Positions 35,156-43,702 of a DNA stretch of 61,807 nt are shown here, piece by piece (the stretch's first letter is position 1; each line of letters starts with the position of its first letter). A program made the position numbers and the translations under genes. The notes beneath the pieces are model-generated. The model was not told the origin of the DNA. It worked only from the letters and a program-made list of their open reading frames with translations, and ran no database searches. Origin of the DNA: a virus (Duplodnaviria > Caudoviricetes); the IMG/VR virus record IMGVR_UViG_3300042549_003657, positions 1 to 61,807 of that record, one strand, 5' to 3'.

Positions 35156-37141
35156 CTAGCCTTTTGCAAGGCCATAACGACGGTGAACGCCACCTTCAGC
35201 GGCCAGGGGGATCCCCGGCATGTACTTCGGCTCCATAGTCATCTGCTCCAGCACCCACGGCAGAGCGTCCTGACCCTCTTGTTCAGGTACTACAACAATC
35301 TGTTCATCATGTACGGTGCCTGCCACAGGGTAGCGTTTAGCTGTCCTGAGCATGCCGTCCGTCATCACAATGCGTGCAGTCGCCTGCGTCACATTGTTCG
35401 TAATCTTTCCTGCGTATAGCTTCGTGGCGTCTGAGCCGTACACCCACTGCGGCCTCCCACTAGCATCTTTCTGCTGACGAAGGTTAGGATACAACAGGCT
35501 CATGCCGTTGGGAAGAACAATCTCTTCTTTGCGGAAGACCAAACACTTGTGGCGATACTCTTCGCCATCTGCCAGTGAGCGCTGGATAAGACCGCTGCAA
35601 AGCTCCCAGAAGCCGACAACCGGGTACGCGGTCGAACGATAGATATCAATGATCTTCTTCGCTGCGACGCAGTGGACGAGAAGCTCTTTCGCAGTGCATA
35701 CATGCGGAATCTCCTGCATGCGGAGGATGTTCTCGTCCCACTCCAGAAACCGTTCCACGTAGTCCGCCGTAACGCCCAGCCTCCTGGCGAAGTCCTTGTC
35801 GTACCGAACAGGCGGCGCACCGAGGAAGCCGACCAATAACTGAGCTGCAAAGCTGGCCCAGCCCAGCCCATACCCCGCGCCAAGCAACGCGCTCTTTGCA
35901 GACTGGCGTAAGTCGGGATGGCTTTCTTTCGAGAGCCCCGGTATATTGAACATCTGAGCACCGAACTGCGCATAGGGGTCTCCTTTTGCTCTAAAAATGT
36001 CGAGCATCTCGTCATAGTCAGACAGCCATGCCAGCACACGCGGCTCGATCTGAGACAGGTCACCGACCACCAGCACATGCCCTTCGGGCGCCATGATGGC
36101 CTTGCGCAGGAAGCTCTTACGCTTGAGGTTCTGCATGTTGATCGCAGACCCCTTCGATGCCGTCCACCTGCCAGACAGCGCGCCGTAATAAGACAGCGGC
36201 ACAGGCAGCCGCCCACGCTTCGATATCTCCAGGAACCGCTGTGCCCGTGTGCGCTCAGTCGTTGACTTCACCTTCAGCCGGGCCTCGCACAGCAGCGCCA
36301 CATCCTCGTTAGCGCCGTTGAGCAGCGCCTGGAACATCGCGTCGTTTTTTGCAAAAGCAAAGGTCTTGCCTTCTGGGTTAGGCGTCTTCACTGTCGGGCG
36401 CTTGTTCTTCATCGGGGGATCCACCCCGAGAGTGCGCAGCAGCTCTGCGAACTGTGGGTTACTGGCCAGCGCGCCGTCTGTAATGTTCAGCCGCTTGAGC
36501 AGGGCTTCGCGTTGTTCACGCTCTGCATACAGCGCATCGGTCAGCATGTCCGAGTCCAGCTCCAACAGCGGGCGGGTGTACATCTTGAGCGTCATGTCGA
36601 TGAGGCGCAGCTCGCTCTTGGGGTAGCCCTTGCCCAGGCGCTCGAAGACGTGCTCGCACAGATACACATCATGGGCGCAGTACTCTGCAAGCTCCCGCTC
36701 AACCCGTGGTGACAACTCGATCAGCCCGTCCGTGCTGTTGATGGCATTGCCCTTGGCGGGGAGGCCGAAGTCTTCGGCCAGCTTAGCCAGACTGTTGCCG
36801 ACCTCCACCCCACGCAGCGCCCTGGCCATCGAGAGCGTGTCAAAGATGAACGCGGGGTGTACGTTGTAATGCCAGCCCAGGATCGCCACATCGAACTGCG
36901 CGTTATGGGCCAGCACCGCTGTGCGGTTCCAGTCGATGGTGGCTGCCCAGTCTGAGATGTCCCGGCCCTTGATCCACACAACGGGATCGTTGCTGCCCAG
37001 CTCATGCACGCACAGGCCGAAGGCTTTGAACCGGTTGTCGCGGATGTATTCTTCCGTGGTGAGCTTGCGCAGCGTGTAGTCTTTACTGTCATACACCGTC
37101 TCGAAGTCGATGGCCAGAATTCTGTCGAAGGGTGCGCTCAT
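35156..37141 (-). CDS. polA: DNA polymerase, family A (3'-5' exonuclease plus polymerase)
   Basis: Exo motifs IDFET, HNAQFD and YCAHD; motif A DLSQIEPR; motif B RQSAKSALLGAGYG; motif C TVHDE. Confidence 0.95.
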   Translation of the reverse strand: MSAPFDRILAIDFETVYDSKDYTLRKLTTEEYIRDNRFKAFGLCVHELGSNDPVVWIKGRDISDWAATIDWNRTAVLAHNAQFDVAILGWHYNVHPAFIFDTLSMARALRGVEVGNSLAKLAEDFGLPAKGNAINSTDGLIELSPRVERELAEYCAHDVYLCEHVFERLGKGYPKSELRLIDMTLKMYTRPLLELDSDMLTDALYAEREQREALLKRLNITDGALASNPQFAELLRTLGVDPPMKNKRPTVKTPNPEGKTFAFAKNDAMFQALLNGANEDVALLCEARLKVKSTTERTRAQRFLEISKRGRLPVPLSYYGALSGRWTASKGSAINMQNLKRKSFLRKAIMAPEGHVLVVGDLSQIEPRVLAWLSDYDEMLDIFRAKGDPYAQFGAQMFNIPGLSKESHPDLRQSAKSALLGAGYGLGWASFAAQLLVGFLGAPPVRYDKDFARRLGVTADYVERFLEWDENILRMQEIPHVCTAKELLVHCVAAKKIIDIYRSTAYPVVGFWELCSGLIQRSLADGEEYRHKCLVFRKEEIVLPNGMSLLYPNLRQQKDASGRPQWVYGSDATKLYAGKITNNVTQATARIVMTDGMLRTAKRYPVAGTVHDEQIVVVPEQEGQDALPWVLEQMTMEPKYMPGIPLAAEGGVHRRYGLAKG

Positions 37142-37149
37142 GGTGGGCT

Positions 37150-37437
37150 TCAGTTAAACATCTCTTTGGGCGGTGCGTCTTCCAGCAACACGTCCCCCAT
37201 TGCATCAATAGCGCTCATGAGGATCTCGGTCATGGCCAAATCGTTCGCGTTTACGGACATCACAGCTATGCGCTCTTTGTCTCGCACGAGCAGCACTCCG
37301 GAGGCTTCTGCGCCTTGGCCGTAACAGCTTGATAGCAGACGCACGAGCATCTTGAAGTGTTCCTGTTCTTTCTCGGGCAAGGATGCGAGGTGGGCGAGCA
37401 GCTTCGCGTCGCTCTCAGTGGATTTATGCTCCCTCAT
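37150..37437 (-). CDS. Hypothetical protein
   Basis: 95-aa ORF overlapping the upstream stop; DAPPKEMFN C-terminus. Confidence 0.65.
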   Translation of the reverse strand: MREHKSTESDAKLLAHLASLPEKEQEHFKMLVRLLSSCYGQGAEASGVLLVRDKERIAVMSVNANDLAMTEILMSAIDAMGDVLLEDAPPKEMFN

Positions 37438-37720
37438 TGAAGATCCCCTTCAGGTAGTCCAGATCGTTCTCGTTGATGATCAGCGACACGCCGCCGGCTT
37501 GCACAATTTCGGCAAGCTCTCTGTCCTGCAGCGCGGTTGTCGTGCCTCTACCTGCCTTGGCCTCGATGCCGATAAACTTTCCCCGGTAACACACGAGGAA
37601 GTCGGGGACACCGTGGCGTCCCATACCGTTACTGACCGGCATGCAGAAATACGCGCCTGCATCTTTGAGGATCTTCTTGATGTGCTGCTTAACCATTCCC
37701 TCAGGAGTAGTTGATGTCAT
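37424..37720 (-). CDS. VRR-NUC family nuclease / resolvase
   Basis: TPEG..GVPDFL..FIGIEAKAG..TALQ..GG motifs; GGAG RBS. Confidence 0.88.
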   Translation of the reverse strand: MTSTTPEGMVKQHIKKILKDAGAYFCMPVSNGMGRHGVPDFLVCYRGKFIGIEAKAGRGTTTALQDRELAEIVQAGGVSLIINENDLDYLKGIFNEGA

Positions 37721-37757
37721 AGATGTTGCTCCGAGCAAGTTGTAAGTCACAAGTTAT

Positions 37758-37901
37758 GGGGTGAGGGGGGATGTAGATTCCGCGCCCCCTCGTTTCGCGG
37801 TACGTGGAGTCGGCACGCGAACAGAGTTCATCGGGTACGTGCCGATCAGATCTGCGGGTCACATCTACAAGGCTTGCCGCGTTCTGTCATCTACACCCGA
37901 C
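37758..37901 (-). ncRNA. Putative structured RNA element between the DUF3310 and VRR-NUC genes
   Basis: Several complementary pairs: GAGGGGG/CCCCCTC, TCGGCACG/CGTGCCGA, TGTAGAT/ATCTACA, CCGCG/CGCGG. Confidence 0.45.
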
Positions 37902-38210
37902 CTAGAACTTGAAACCTTTACGCAACTCTTCGGCCAGCTTTTTGGCGTAGTGCTTGGCCTTGTTGGCGTCATCCGAGTCTTTCTTACCCTGGCGCATGCC
38001 GTACTTGATGACGTTGCCTTTGAGGTAGCCGATCCACTCGTCGTGCGTCAGCACCGCCTGCATCACAGCCCACGGCTGGATGCCCATGTCCTTGTAGTGC
38101 GAGCCGCCGATCTGTTGCTTGTCGGCGGGGGCTTCTATGTCTAGCTGCACCGAGTGGTTGCCTAAGTCCGGTACTTCAAAATCAAAAATCGAGTCTTTAA
38201 AAGTCGTCAC
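37902..38210 (-). CDS. DUF3310 (SaV-like) protein
   Basis: QIGGSHYK..IQPW..GYLKGNVIKYGMRQGKK..DANKAKHY. Confidence 0.85.
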   Translation of the reverse strand: MTTFKDSIFDFEVPDLGNHSVQLDIEAPADKQQIGGSHYKDMGIQPWAVMQAVLTHDEWIGYLKGNVIKYGMRQGKKDSDDANKAKHYAKKLAEELRKGFKF

Positions 38211-38533
38211 GATCCGTTCTCCTTTAGCTTCTGTCGTTGCCTATACCGCTGAGATACCTCAGCACGGGTGAACCGCCTGCGCGGCTCGTCTTTGTCAGCC
38301 CCCAGCTCGTACACGGGGATAGCGTCTCTCCCGAGGCTGTCTGGCAGCCAACTGCCTATGTGCACGGTGTTCTCCGCCTTCAATGCGCGGAGCCAATCCT
38401 GTGCCGTTACAACGTGAACCCCGGTCTCGTTTGCCAGCGTCTGTGCTGTCACAGGCCCCGCCTGCAGCATCCTAAAGGTCTGCGCTAAAACTAAGTGGTT
38501 AACCTTTATCGCTTTAGAACCTTTAGCACTCAT
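38207..38533 (-). CDS. Winged-HTH-like protein
   Basis: VTAQTLANETGVHVVTAQDWLRAL. Confidence 0.6.
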   Translation of the reverse strand: MSAKGSKAIKVNHLVLAQTFRMLQAGPVTAQTLANETGVHVVTAQDWLRALKAENTVHIGSWLPDSLGRDAIPVYELGADKDEPRRRFTRAEVSQRYRQRQKLKENGS

Positions 38534-39039
38534 CCTGTACTCCCTATCTCTAGCTTTTCGTCCACCTTCGGCAAGCGGATCGCATCAGGCTGGCGGATCA
38601 ACTTTCTGACCAACGCCAGTGCGTTGTCCAGTTCCTTGATAGTGATCACATTCATCTGCTGGTCGTGCAGCTCCAGCAGTTCCTGAATGGCTTTGACCTC
38701 GACCCCCATCGGAACGAAACGCAGCTTGTCCACAGCACGGAAGATGATGCGCAGGATCGCTTCTCGGCCGTCCACGGACACTTTCAGATACTCGCTGCCG
38801 AACCCCATGCTGCACAGAACCTCGACCATGTTGCTCAGGGCCACGAGCGTGTTCATGTCCATCTTTGTCGCGGTTCCCTGCATCAGCGCCACAATTGCGC
38901 CACTGTTGCGGATCTTGAGCGTGCGTAAAAATGACTCGTGGGACTTAACGGATCCCATCCCCTCCATGACATGCCCGATAGCGTTAAGGATCTGCGGCTT
39001 GGGTCGGTACTTCTTGCGGGTCTTCGCGTTTGATGGCAT
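38530..39039 (-). CDS. Hypothetical phage protein
   Basis: RKKYRPK N-terminus, ELHDQQ motif; ATGA coupling. Confidence 0.7.
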   Translation of the reverse strand: MPSNAKTRKKYRPKPQILNAIGHVMEGMGSVKSHESFLRTLKIRNSGAIVALMQGTATKMDMNTLVALSNMVEVLCSMGFGSEYLKVSVDGREAILRIIFRAVDKLRFVPMGVEVKAIQELLELHDQQMNVITIKELDNALALVRKLIRQPDAIRLPKVDEKLEIGSTG

Positions 39040-39052
39040 GGCAGGGGCGGGC

Positions 39053-39205
39053 TTAGTAGCAGTTTGTGGTGCAGTTGCCGCCGTAGCAGCATGTGGTGCA
39101 TGTCACGGATCTGCCGTTGTACCAAGTGGTGTGCGTGGAGCACGTTGCCCAGGCCGCGACGGATGTGAGTGCGGCGATAGCGGCAATGATGATTTTCTTT
39201 CGCAT
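39053..39205 (-). CDS. Secreted Cys-rich miniprotein, 50 aa (absent from the ORF track)
   Basis: GGAG RBS; MRKKIIIAAIAALTSVAAWA signal peptide followed by TCSTHTTWYNGRSVTCTTCCYGGNCTTNCY. Confidence 0.8.
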   Translation of the reverse strand: MRKKIIIAAIAALTSVAAWATCSTHTTWYNGRSVTCTTCCYGGNCTTNCY

Positions 39206-39233
39206 GATTTTCTCCAATGAAAGGATGTGTTAA

Positions 39234-39428
39234 CTAAGGGGTACGTTTTTGTGCCAGTGCATAAAACCTGTCTAAAAGAGCCCAAGTTTTGTACACGGTG
39301 TGTGTGTCTACGTGAGGGGCGAGCCCCACCTCCAGTGCCAGCGCGTGCAGCGCCTTCATGGTCTCTGTGTATGACGGCAGGTTAGCGTCGAGGAGTACAG
39401 CATCAACGGTCTCTACAGGTTTCGTCAT
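39234..39428 (-). CDS. Hypothetical protein
   Basis: 64 aa; DANLPSYT motif; in the early gene array. Confidence 0.6.
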   Translation of the reverse strand: MTKPVETVDAVLLDANLPSYTETMKALHALALEVGLAPHVDTHTVYKTWALLDRFYALAQKRTP

Positions 39429-39440
39429 GCTGCGCCCCTT

Positions 39441-39668
39441 TTAGGCTTCGTCTTCGTCTTCTTCTACTTCGGTCTGAACATCTCGCCACTCACCAGGGAC
39501 GATCCCCGCGTAGCGGTGATGCGGCTCGAACCACTGCTGCAGGATCTTGGCGTTTTTATGCTCGTAGCCGTTCGTGCTTATGTCGAATTCGGTGACTCCG
39601 CGAACTACAAACCGCAGGTGCGTTGTAGGCGTCAACAACATCAGTGCGTCATCAGCATCAAAGGTCAC
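39441..39668 (-). CDS. Hypothetical protein
   Basis: LRFVVR..ILQQWF..GEWRDV motif common in small phage genes; GGAG RBS. Confidence 0.68.
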   Translation of the reverse strand: MTFDADDALMLLTPTTHLRFVVRGVTEFDISTNGYEHKNAKILQQWFEPHHRYAGIVPGEWRDVQTEVEEDEDEA

Positions 39669-39891
39669 GGTAGCGCTCCTTGCGTTCTCTCATGCGTTGG
39701 GAAATGACGGACTCGTGTACGCCGCTGAGCTTGCCGCACGTATCGCATTTGAAGCCCATCATGAGCCGCTCGTTGTTGGAGTCGCCCTCCCACCACGTTG
39801 TGATGGTGCCTGAGTTGTTCCCCAGTCGGTGCTGCATCGCGTGCCCCCATCGCCTGAGTGTGCGCTTAAGCCGCCATAGAAAACCCCTCAT
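39658..39891 (-). CDS. Hypothetical protein with CxxC
   Basis: GAGGAG RBS; ATGA overlap; GFKCDTCGK. Confidence 0.55.
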   Translation of the reverse strand: MRGFLWRLKRTLRRWGHAMQHRLGNNSGTITTWWEGDSNNERLMMGFKCDTCGKLSGVHESVISQRMRERKERYRDL

Positions 39892-40085
39892 CTTTGTTGC
39901 TCCTCTTTGATGAACACCGACAAGCGGCGCATGGATGCGATGCAGTACTCGCTCATGCGAGCGTGGTAGTCAGACGCGGCTTGATGTCGAAGGAGGTCTT
40001 TCTTGGCTGCCTCCAACTCTTTGGCCGCCAGCGTGACAGCCGTCGGCGCTCGAAACAACTTGGTCAGATTAAACACTGGTTGCAT
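39888..40085 (-). CDS. Hypothetical protein
   Basis: GGAG RBS before the ATG at 40085; LFRAPTA..AAKELEAAK. Confidence 0.65.
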   Translation of the reverse strand: MQPVFNLTKLFRAPTAVTLAAKELEAAKKDLLRHQAASDYHARMSEYCIASMRRLSVFIKEEQQR

Positions 40086-40184
40086 AAAGTGATCTCCGAC
40101 TTGTTTAAAGGTTGCTTGACGGTAACGGATTATGCGCCAACGGCTGACCGTGTGCAACAGTTGGCGTTGTTCTATTGTCTCGTT

Positions 40185-40436
40185 TTAGTCTGTTTGAGCG
40201 GGCTCGTCCGGATCCCACGGCAGCGGCGTGCCGTTGGCCCTGTATGCCTCGTGTCGCCAGCGTTTCGCTCTGCCTTTGTTGTATTCGCAAGAGGGGCACT
40301 TGCCTCCGTCGATCTGGGCGTCCATCACCAGGGCTGCGAATGCTTCCAGGGAGTTCAGATAAATGCCGTCCTCGTGTGGGTTGGCTCCGATGAGTTGGCA
40401 CTTCTGCGCCAGGGCGATTACTTCGTCTCGTGTCAT
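40185..40436 (-). CDS. Hypothetical protein (MTRDEVI family)
   Basis: GGAG RBS; LEAFAALV; CPSC. Confidence 0.65.
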   Translation of the reverse strand: MTRDEVIALAQKCQLIGANPHEDGIYLNSLEAFAALVMDAQIDGGKCPSCEYNKGRAKRWRHEAYRANGTPLPWDPDEPAQTD

Positions 40437-40439
40437 TCT

Positions 40440-40682
40440 TTATCTCCAAAACCTAAAAGACTCTGTTAACTGCATCCTGATGACGTCGTCTACATGTGCC
40501 GGTAATCCGTCCGTCATCTTATTAACGAGCGCGTGGACGGCTTCCCATATGGCCTCTTTAACTTCGTGTGCTGTATCCCCTTCTTCTTCCGTCAATACGG
40601 GTTCCGCTTCAGCGGATGGCTTCGCGGGTAGTAGCCATGACAGTTCCGTAGCGGCTACCTTCTTGCCTTTCTTTTTAGTCAT
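40440..40682 (-). CDS. Hypothetical protein
   Basis: 80 aa; ATGA coupling. Confidence 0.6.
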   Translation of the reverse strand: MTKKKGKKVAATELSWLLPAKPSAEAEPVLTEEEGDTAHEVKEAIWEAVHALVNKMTDGLPAHVDDVIRMQLTESFRFWR

Positions 40683-40999
40683 TCCTTCCCCCTTGCTTTA
40701 ATTTCGTCAACTATGTACTTGACTACATACCAGTCCAAATCCCCGGCGTAGCAGTCTTCTTTATACGCTTCTGCCACTTTTGCGCAGGCTTCTCGTTCAG
40801 CGGCGACAGCCGCCTCAATGTGGTCGGAAATTTGGCTATCGGTTAACCGTTGAGCTTCCCACAAACCGTTGCAGGCTTCGCGTTCAGCAGCGGCGACTAA
40901 GTCGGCGAACTTCTTAATCCGTTCGCCAAACCCATCTTCTAAATCAACAGCATCCCAGCCAGCCAAATTTACGAGTTCAATAACTTTTGAATCTGTCAT
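40679..40999 (-). CDS. Hypothetical protein with a duplicated AAAEREAC motif
   Basis: AGGAG RBS; FADLVAAAEREAC...VAAEREACAKVAE..IKARG. Confidence 0.72.
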   Translation of the reverse strand: MTDSKVIELVNLAGWDAVDLEDGFGERIKKFADLVAAAEREACNGLWEAQRLTDSQISDHIEAAVAAEREACAKVAEAYKEDCYAGDLDWYVVKYIVDEIKARGKE

Positions 41000-41010
41000 A
41001 TCTTCTTCTC

Positions 41011-41511
41011 CTATTTCATAAGACCCGCGAAGGGGTTTGCGGATACTGCGCGGTGTGCTTTACCGGCACGGATCAGACACACTAGACCTTTGCTGACACC
41101 GTGCTCTGCTGCGACGGCTCGTGAGGGGCGGGGGTCACTGCGTATCTGTTGTACTTGCTCGTCGGTCAGCTTGCGCCTCCCTCTAGACACTTGCTGTAGC
41201 TTGATGATGCGCAGCATCCCGTTGGGATCCGCGTTCTGGTTCATGATCTTGTGATGCGCTTTTTTTGTTCGAGCAATGGCGTGATCTGGGTTGACGCATC
41301 GGAAATTACCGCATCTTGGCGCGATGTAATAGCCATCCACGTCTTTGCCTTGAAGCTCGAACATCAGGCGCCTTACGGTCATCATCTTGCCGCCATGCGA
41401 CACCTGGGGGGTGTCGTTCGCGATATACCCCAGCCACTCGCGGCATTCGCCGATTTCTACCGTGCGGGCCATCAGCGTTTCGAGCGTGTGCTGCGTGATG
41501 ACACGCCTCAT
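41011..41511 (-). CDS. His-Me finger (HNH-like) protein with a C-terminal HTH
   Basis: GECREWLG..CGNFRCVNPDH; KLTDEQVQQIR..SRAVAAEHGVSKG. Confidence 0.75.
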   Translation of the reverse strand: MRRVITQHTLETLMARTVEIGECREWLGYIANDTPQVSHGGKMMTVRRLMFELQGKDVDGYYIAPRCGNFRCVNPDHAIARTKKAHHKIMNQNADPNGMLRIIKLQQVSRGRRKLTDEQVQQIRSDPRPSRAVAAEHGVSKGLVCLIRAGKAHRAVSANPFAGLMK

Positions 41512-41675
41512 TCCTTCTTCTCCTCTTCGGGGTCGTAAACGACGGGCATTCCCGCCATTGAGTTCAACATCGCAACAGCAACCTTTGCCCGTCGTTCTGG
41601 GGGGATTGTTTCGAGCGCGTCGTTTATGCTTTTCAGGATTCTTTCAATCACTTCTTTGCGTGTAAGTACCGTCAT
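41508..41675 (-). CDS. 55-aa hypothetical protein (absent from the ORF track)
   Basis: MTVLTRKEVIERILKSINDALE...; ATGA overlaps at both ends; AAGGA RBS. Confidence 0.65.
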   Translation of the reverse strand: MTVLTRKEVIERILKSINDALETIPPERRAKVAVAMLNSMAGMPVVYDPEEEKKE

Positions 41676-42052
41676 TCCTTCTCTCCGATCCCGTGTGCAC
41701 GCTCGATGGCGCGGGCAAATTCGTACTTAGTAGTAAACGGATTGCCTTCAAAAGGTTTCCATGCCTCAAGAATCTCCTCATCCGTCAGCGGCTTGCGCTG
41801 GGGTGGGGTGGTGTAGAAAGCCACACCTTTGTTGTTGATTCGGTTCTGAACCCATGCGTCAAGTTGTATCGAATATTGGAAATAACCAAAAGGCTGATCG
41901 TTGTCCAGTGCTTCGCGTAGTGCGTCGTAACTCTCAAGCCACTCGTCAGACGCATCAATACAAGAGCGGAACTCCATCTCTTCTGTCCACACCTTGATAG
42001 CGTCTTCCAAAGATTTCAGCGCCCGCTCTGCGGCTTCTCGTAGTGTGGTCAT
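41672..42052 (-). CDS. Hypothetical protein (MTTLREA...PLTDE...AHGIG family)
   Basis: Paralogous termini shared with 42539-43096. Confidence 0.75.
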   Translation of the reverse strand: MTTLREAAERALKSLEDAIKVWTEEMEFRSCIDASDEWLESYDALREALDNDQPFGYFQYSIQLDAWVQNRINNKGVAFYTTPPQRKPLTDEEILEAWKPFEGNPFTTKYEFARAIERAHGIGEKE

Positions 42053-42249
42053 TGCTTGTTTCCTCTTAATCTGAGTTCTTCTTTTGCTTGTCTGATAAGT
42101 TCGTGCATGTCAGGAGTTTCGGCGTCTTTGAGCTTTATGCCAGCCACGGTTTCGAGCAGGTCGTCTGACGCATGGCGCCAGACAAACCAGCGACCATTCA
42201 CCACGCCCCAGATCGCCCGTGTGGCCTCGATGATGGAACGAAACATCAT
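42049..42249 (-). CDS. Hypothetical protein
   Basis: 66 aa; ATGA overlaps at both ends. Confidence 0.6.
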   Translation of the reverse strand: MMFRSIIEATRAIWGVVNGRWFVWRHASDDLLETVAGIKLKDAETPDMHELIRQAKEELRLRGNKQ

Positions 42250-42542
42250 TCCCCACCCCTTTCATCGCGCAGTCTGTACACGTCAAAGCGCAGATCGGAA
42301 ATCACGCTGCTCAACCATTCGATCTCTCTGCGCAGATCGGCGATCTCTTCCTTCAACGTCTGACTCGATGTCAGATAGCCGGATACCAAATCCGCGCAGG
42401 CTGTACGCTCGGCTTTTGCAACAAGGTCGGCGAAGCGCTCAAGTTCCTCCTGCGTGATCGTCCAAAATCCGTTATGCCACGCGGGTTTCTTGTCGGGGTC
42501 GCAGGCTTGCTGCATTAGCTTGATGATGTCGTCTTGTGTCAT
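42246..42542 (-). CDS. Hypothetical protein (MTQDDII family)
   Basis: LERFADLVAKAERTAC plus coiled coil; ATGA overlap. Confidence 0.7.
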   Translation of the reverse strand: MTQDDIIKLMQQACDPDKKPAWHNGFWTITQEELERFADLVAKAERTACADLVSGYLTSSQTLKEEIADLRREIEWLSSVISDLRFDVYRLRDERGGE

Positions 42543-43096
42543 TCCTTATCTCCTATCCCGTGGGCGGCTTCGATGGCGGCTCGCATACGCTTTTCAAATG
42601 GACGGCCTCCGACGACAGTTTCGGTCGCAAACCAAGCAGCAACCCCTGCATCAATCTGCTCATCCGTCAGCGGCTTGCGCTGGGGTGGGGCGGACACCGG
42701 CTTAGTCTTTGTCGCCCCGCAGTTGCATTCGCTCTTCGGATACGCGGGTTCATTGTGGACATCGCAGTCGCTTGCGTGAAGCACTACCTTGCACTCTGGG
42801 CATTTGCAACCACTCAAGGATTCGTTGTGCATTCTGCGCAGGCAGTCTGCTGCTTTGCCGTGTAGCGGCCACTGCATGGTTTTCTCTAGCATGGCAGCAA
42901 GCCGCAAAGGTTCTGGCATTGCTCCGATGCGAAGTAGTTCTTCGGCGTCGGCTTCACTGCCGTACTCAGCCGGGTGCTGGGGTGGCTCGCTGCTTAGCAA
43001 TTCAAGCGCTTCTGCATAATTTGCATAATCATCGTCGTAAAGATTGTTGCGTAAAAAGCGATCAATCATGTCGTAGGCTTCTCGTAGTGTTGTCAT
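42539..43096 (-). CDS. Hypothetical protein (MTTLREA...PLTDE...AHGIG family) with a Cys/His cassette
   Basis: AGGAG RBS; CKCPEC..HASDCDVHNEPAYP..CNCG. Confidence 0.72.
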   Translation of the reverse strand: MTTLREAYDMIDRFLRNNLYDDDYANYAEALELLSSEPPQHPAEYGSEADAEELLRIGAMPEPLRLAAMLEKTMQWPLHGKAADCLRRMHNESLSGCKCPECKVVLHASDCDVHNEPAYPKSECNCGATKTKPVSAPPQRKPLTDEQIDAGVAAWFATETVVGGRPFEKRMRAAIEAAHGIGDKE

Positions 43097-43186
43097 CTCT
43101 TCTCTCCTGTTTTTAAGTGAGGCACAGCAGCGCACAGCGTATCAATGCGCTTACTGCTTTAACTGCCCCTCAGAGGGGGCTTGGGC

Positions 43187-43420
43187 TCAGGCTTTTGGGG
43201 GTACTGCAACGGGTGCAGGGAGTGCGTTACGTCTTGAGGCTTCTTCCAAGGCGCGGTCGAGCATGGCCGGCTTGCCGATGGTGCCTACGCGCTGCGCTTC
43301 CAACGTCTCGCGGTGGATCACACACCAGTACATCCCCACGCTACTCACACCCCACGGGCCAGCGCGGGAGTCATCGGGGAACCGATCAGGCCTCGGTCTT
43401 GGGTCAGTCATGTCAGGCAT
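43187..43420 (-). CDS. Hypothetical protein
   Basis: AGGAGG RBS; GPWGV..RALEEASRRN. Confidence 0.65.
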   Translation of the reverse strand: MPDMTDPRPRPDRFPDDSRAGPWGVSSVGMYWCVIHRETLEAQRVGTIGKPAMLDRALEEASRRNALPAPVAVPPKA

Positions 43421-43474
43421 AGTGCCTCCTTTGTTACGGTGTACCAGTAAACCGACTGGATTACGGTAACTATA

Positions 43475-43702
43475 TTACCACCGGGTTTCGGGGTCGTCTA
43501 GTCCGTGTGCAGTTTGGCGGAAGTCGAACACGAGCGCGCATATTTGTGCTGCGGCCAGGGCTCCGCCCGATAGCAGTGCCATTGTTGTGATGAGGGGGGT
43601 GTCGGTAACGCTGATGCCGATGAGTAGTAGGTTCCCCCATCCGAGCAGCATGAAAAGGTGGGTCGCGACGTAGATGTAGATGTGTTTTTGGTGGGTGCTC
43701 AT
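43475..43702 (-). CDS. Small membrane protein with 2 TM segments
   Basis: AGGA RBS; two hydrophobic segments; ATGA overlap. Confidence 0.6.
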   Translation of the reverse strand: MSTHQKHIYIYVATHLFMLLGWGNLLLIGISVTDTPLITTMALLSGGALAAAQICALVFDFRQTAHGLDDPETRW

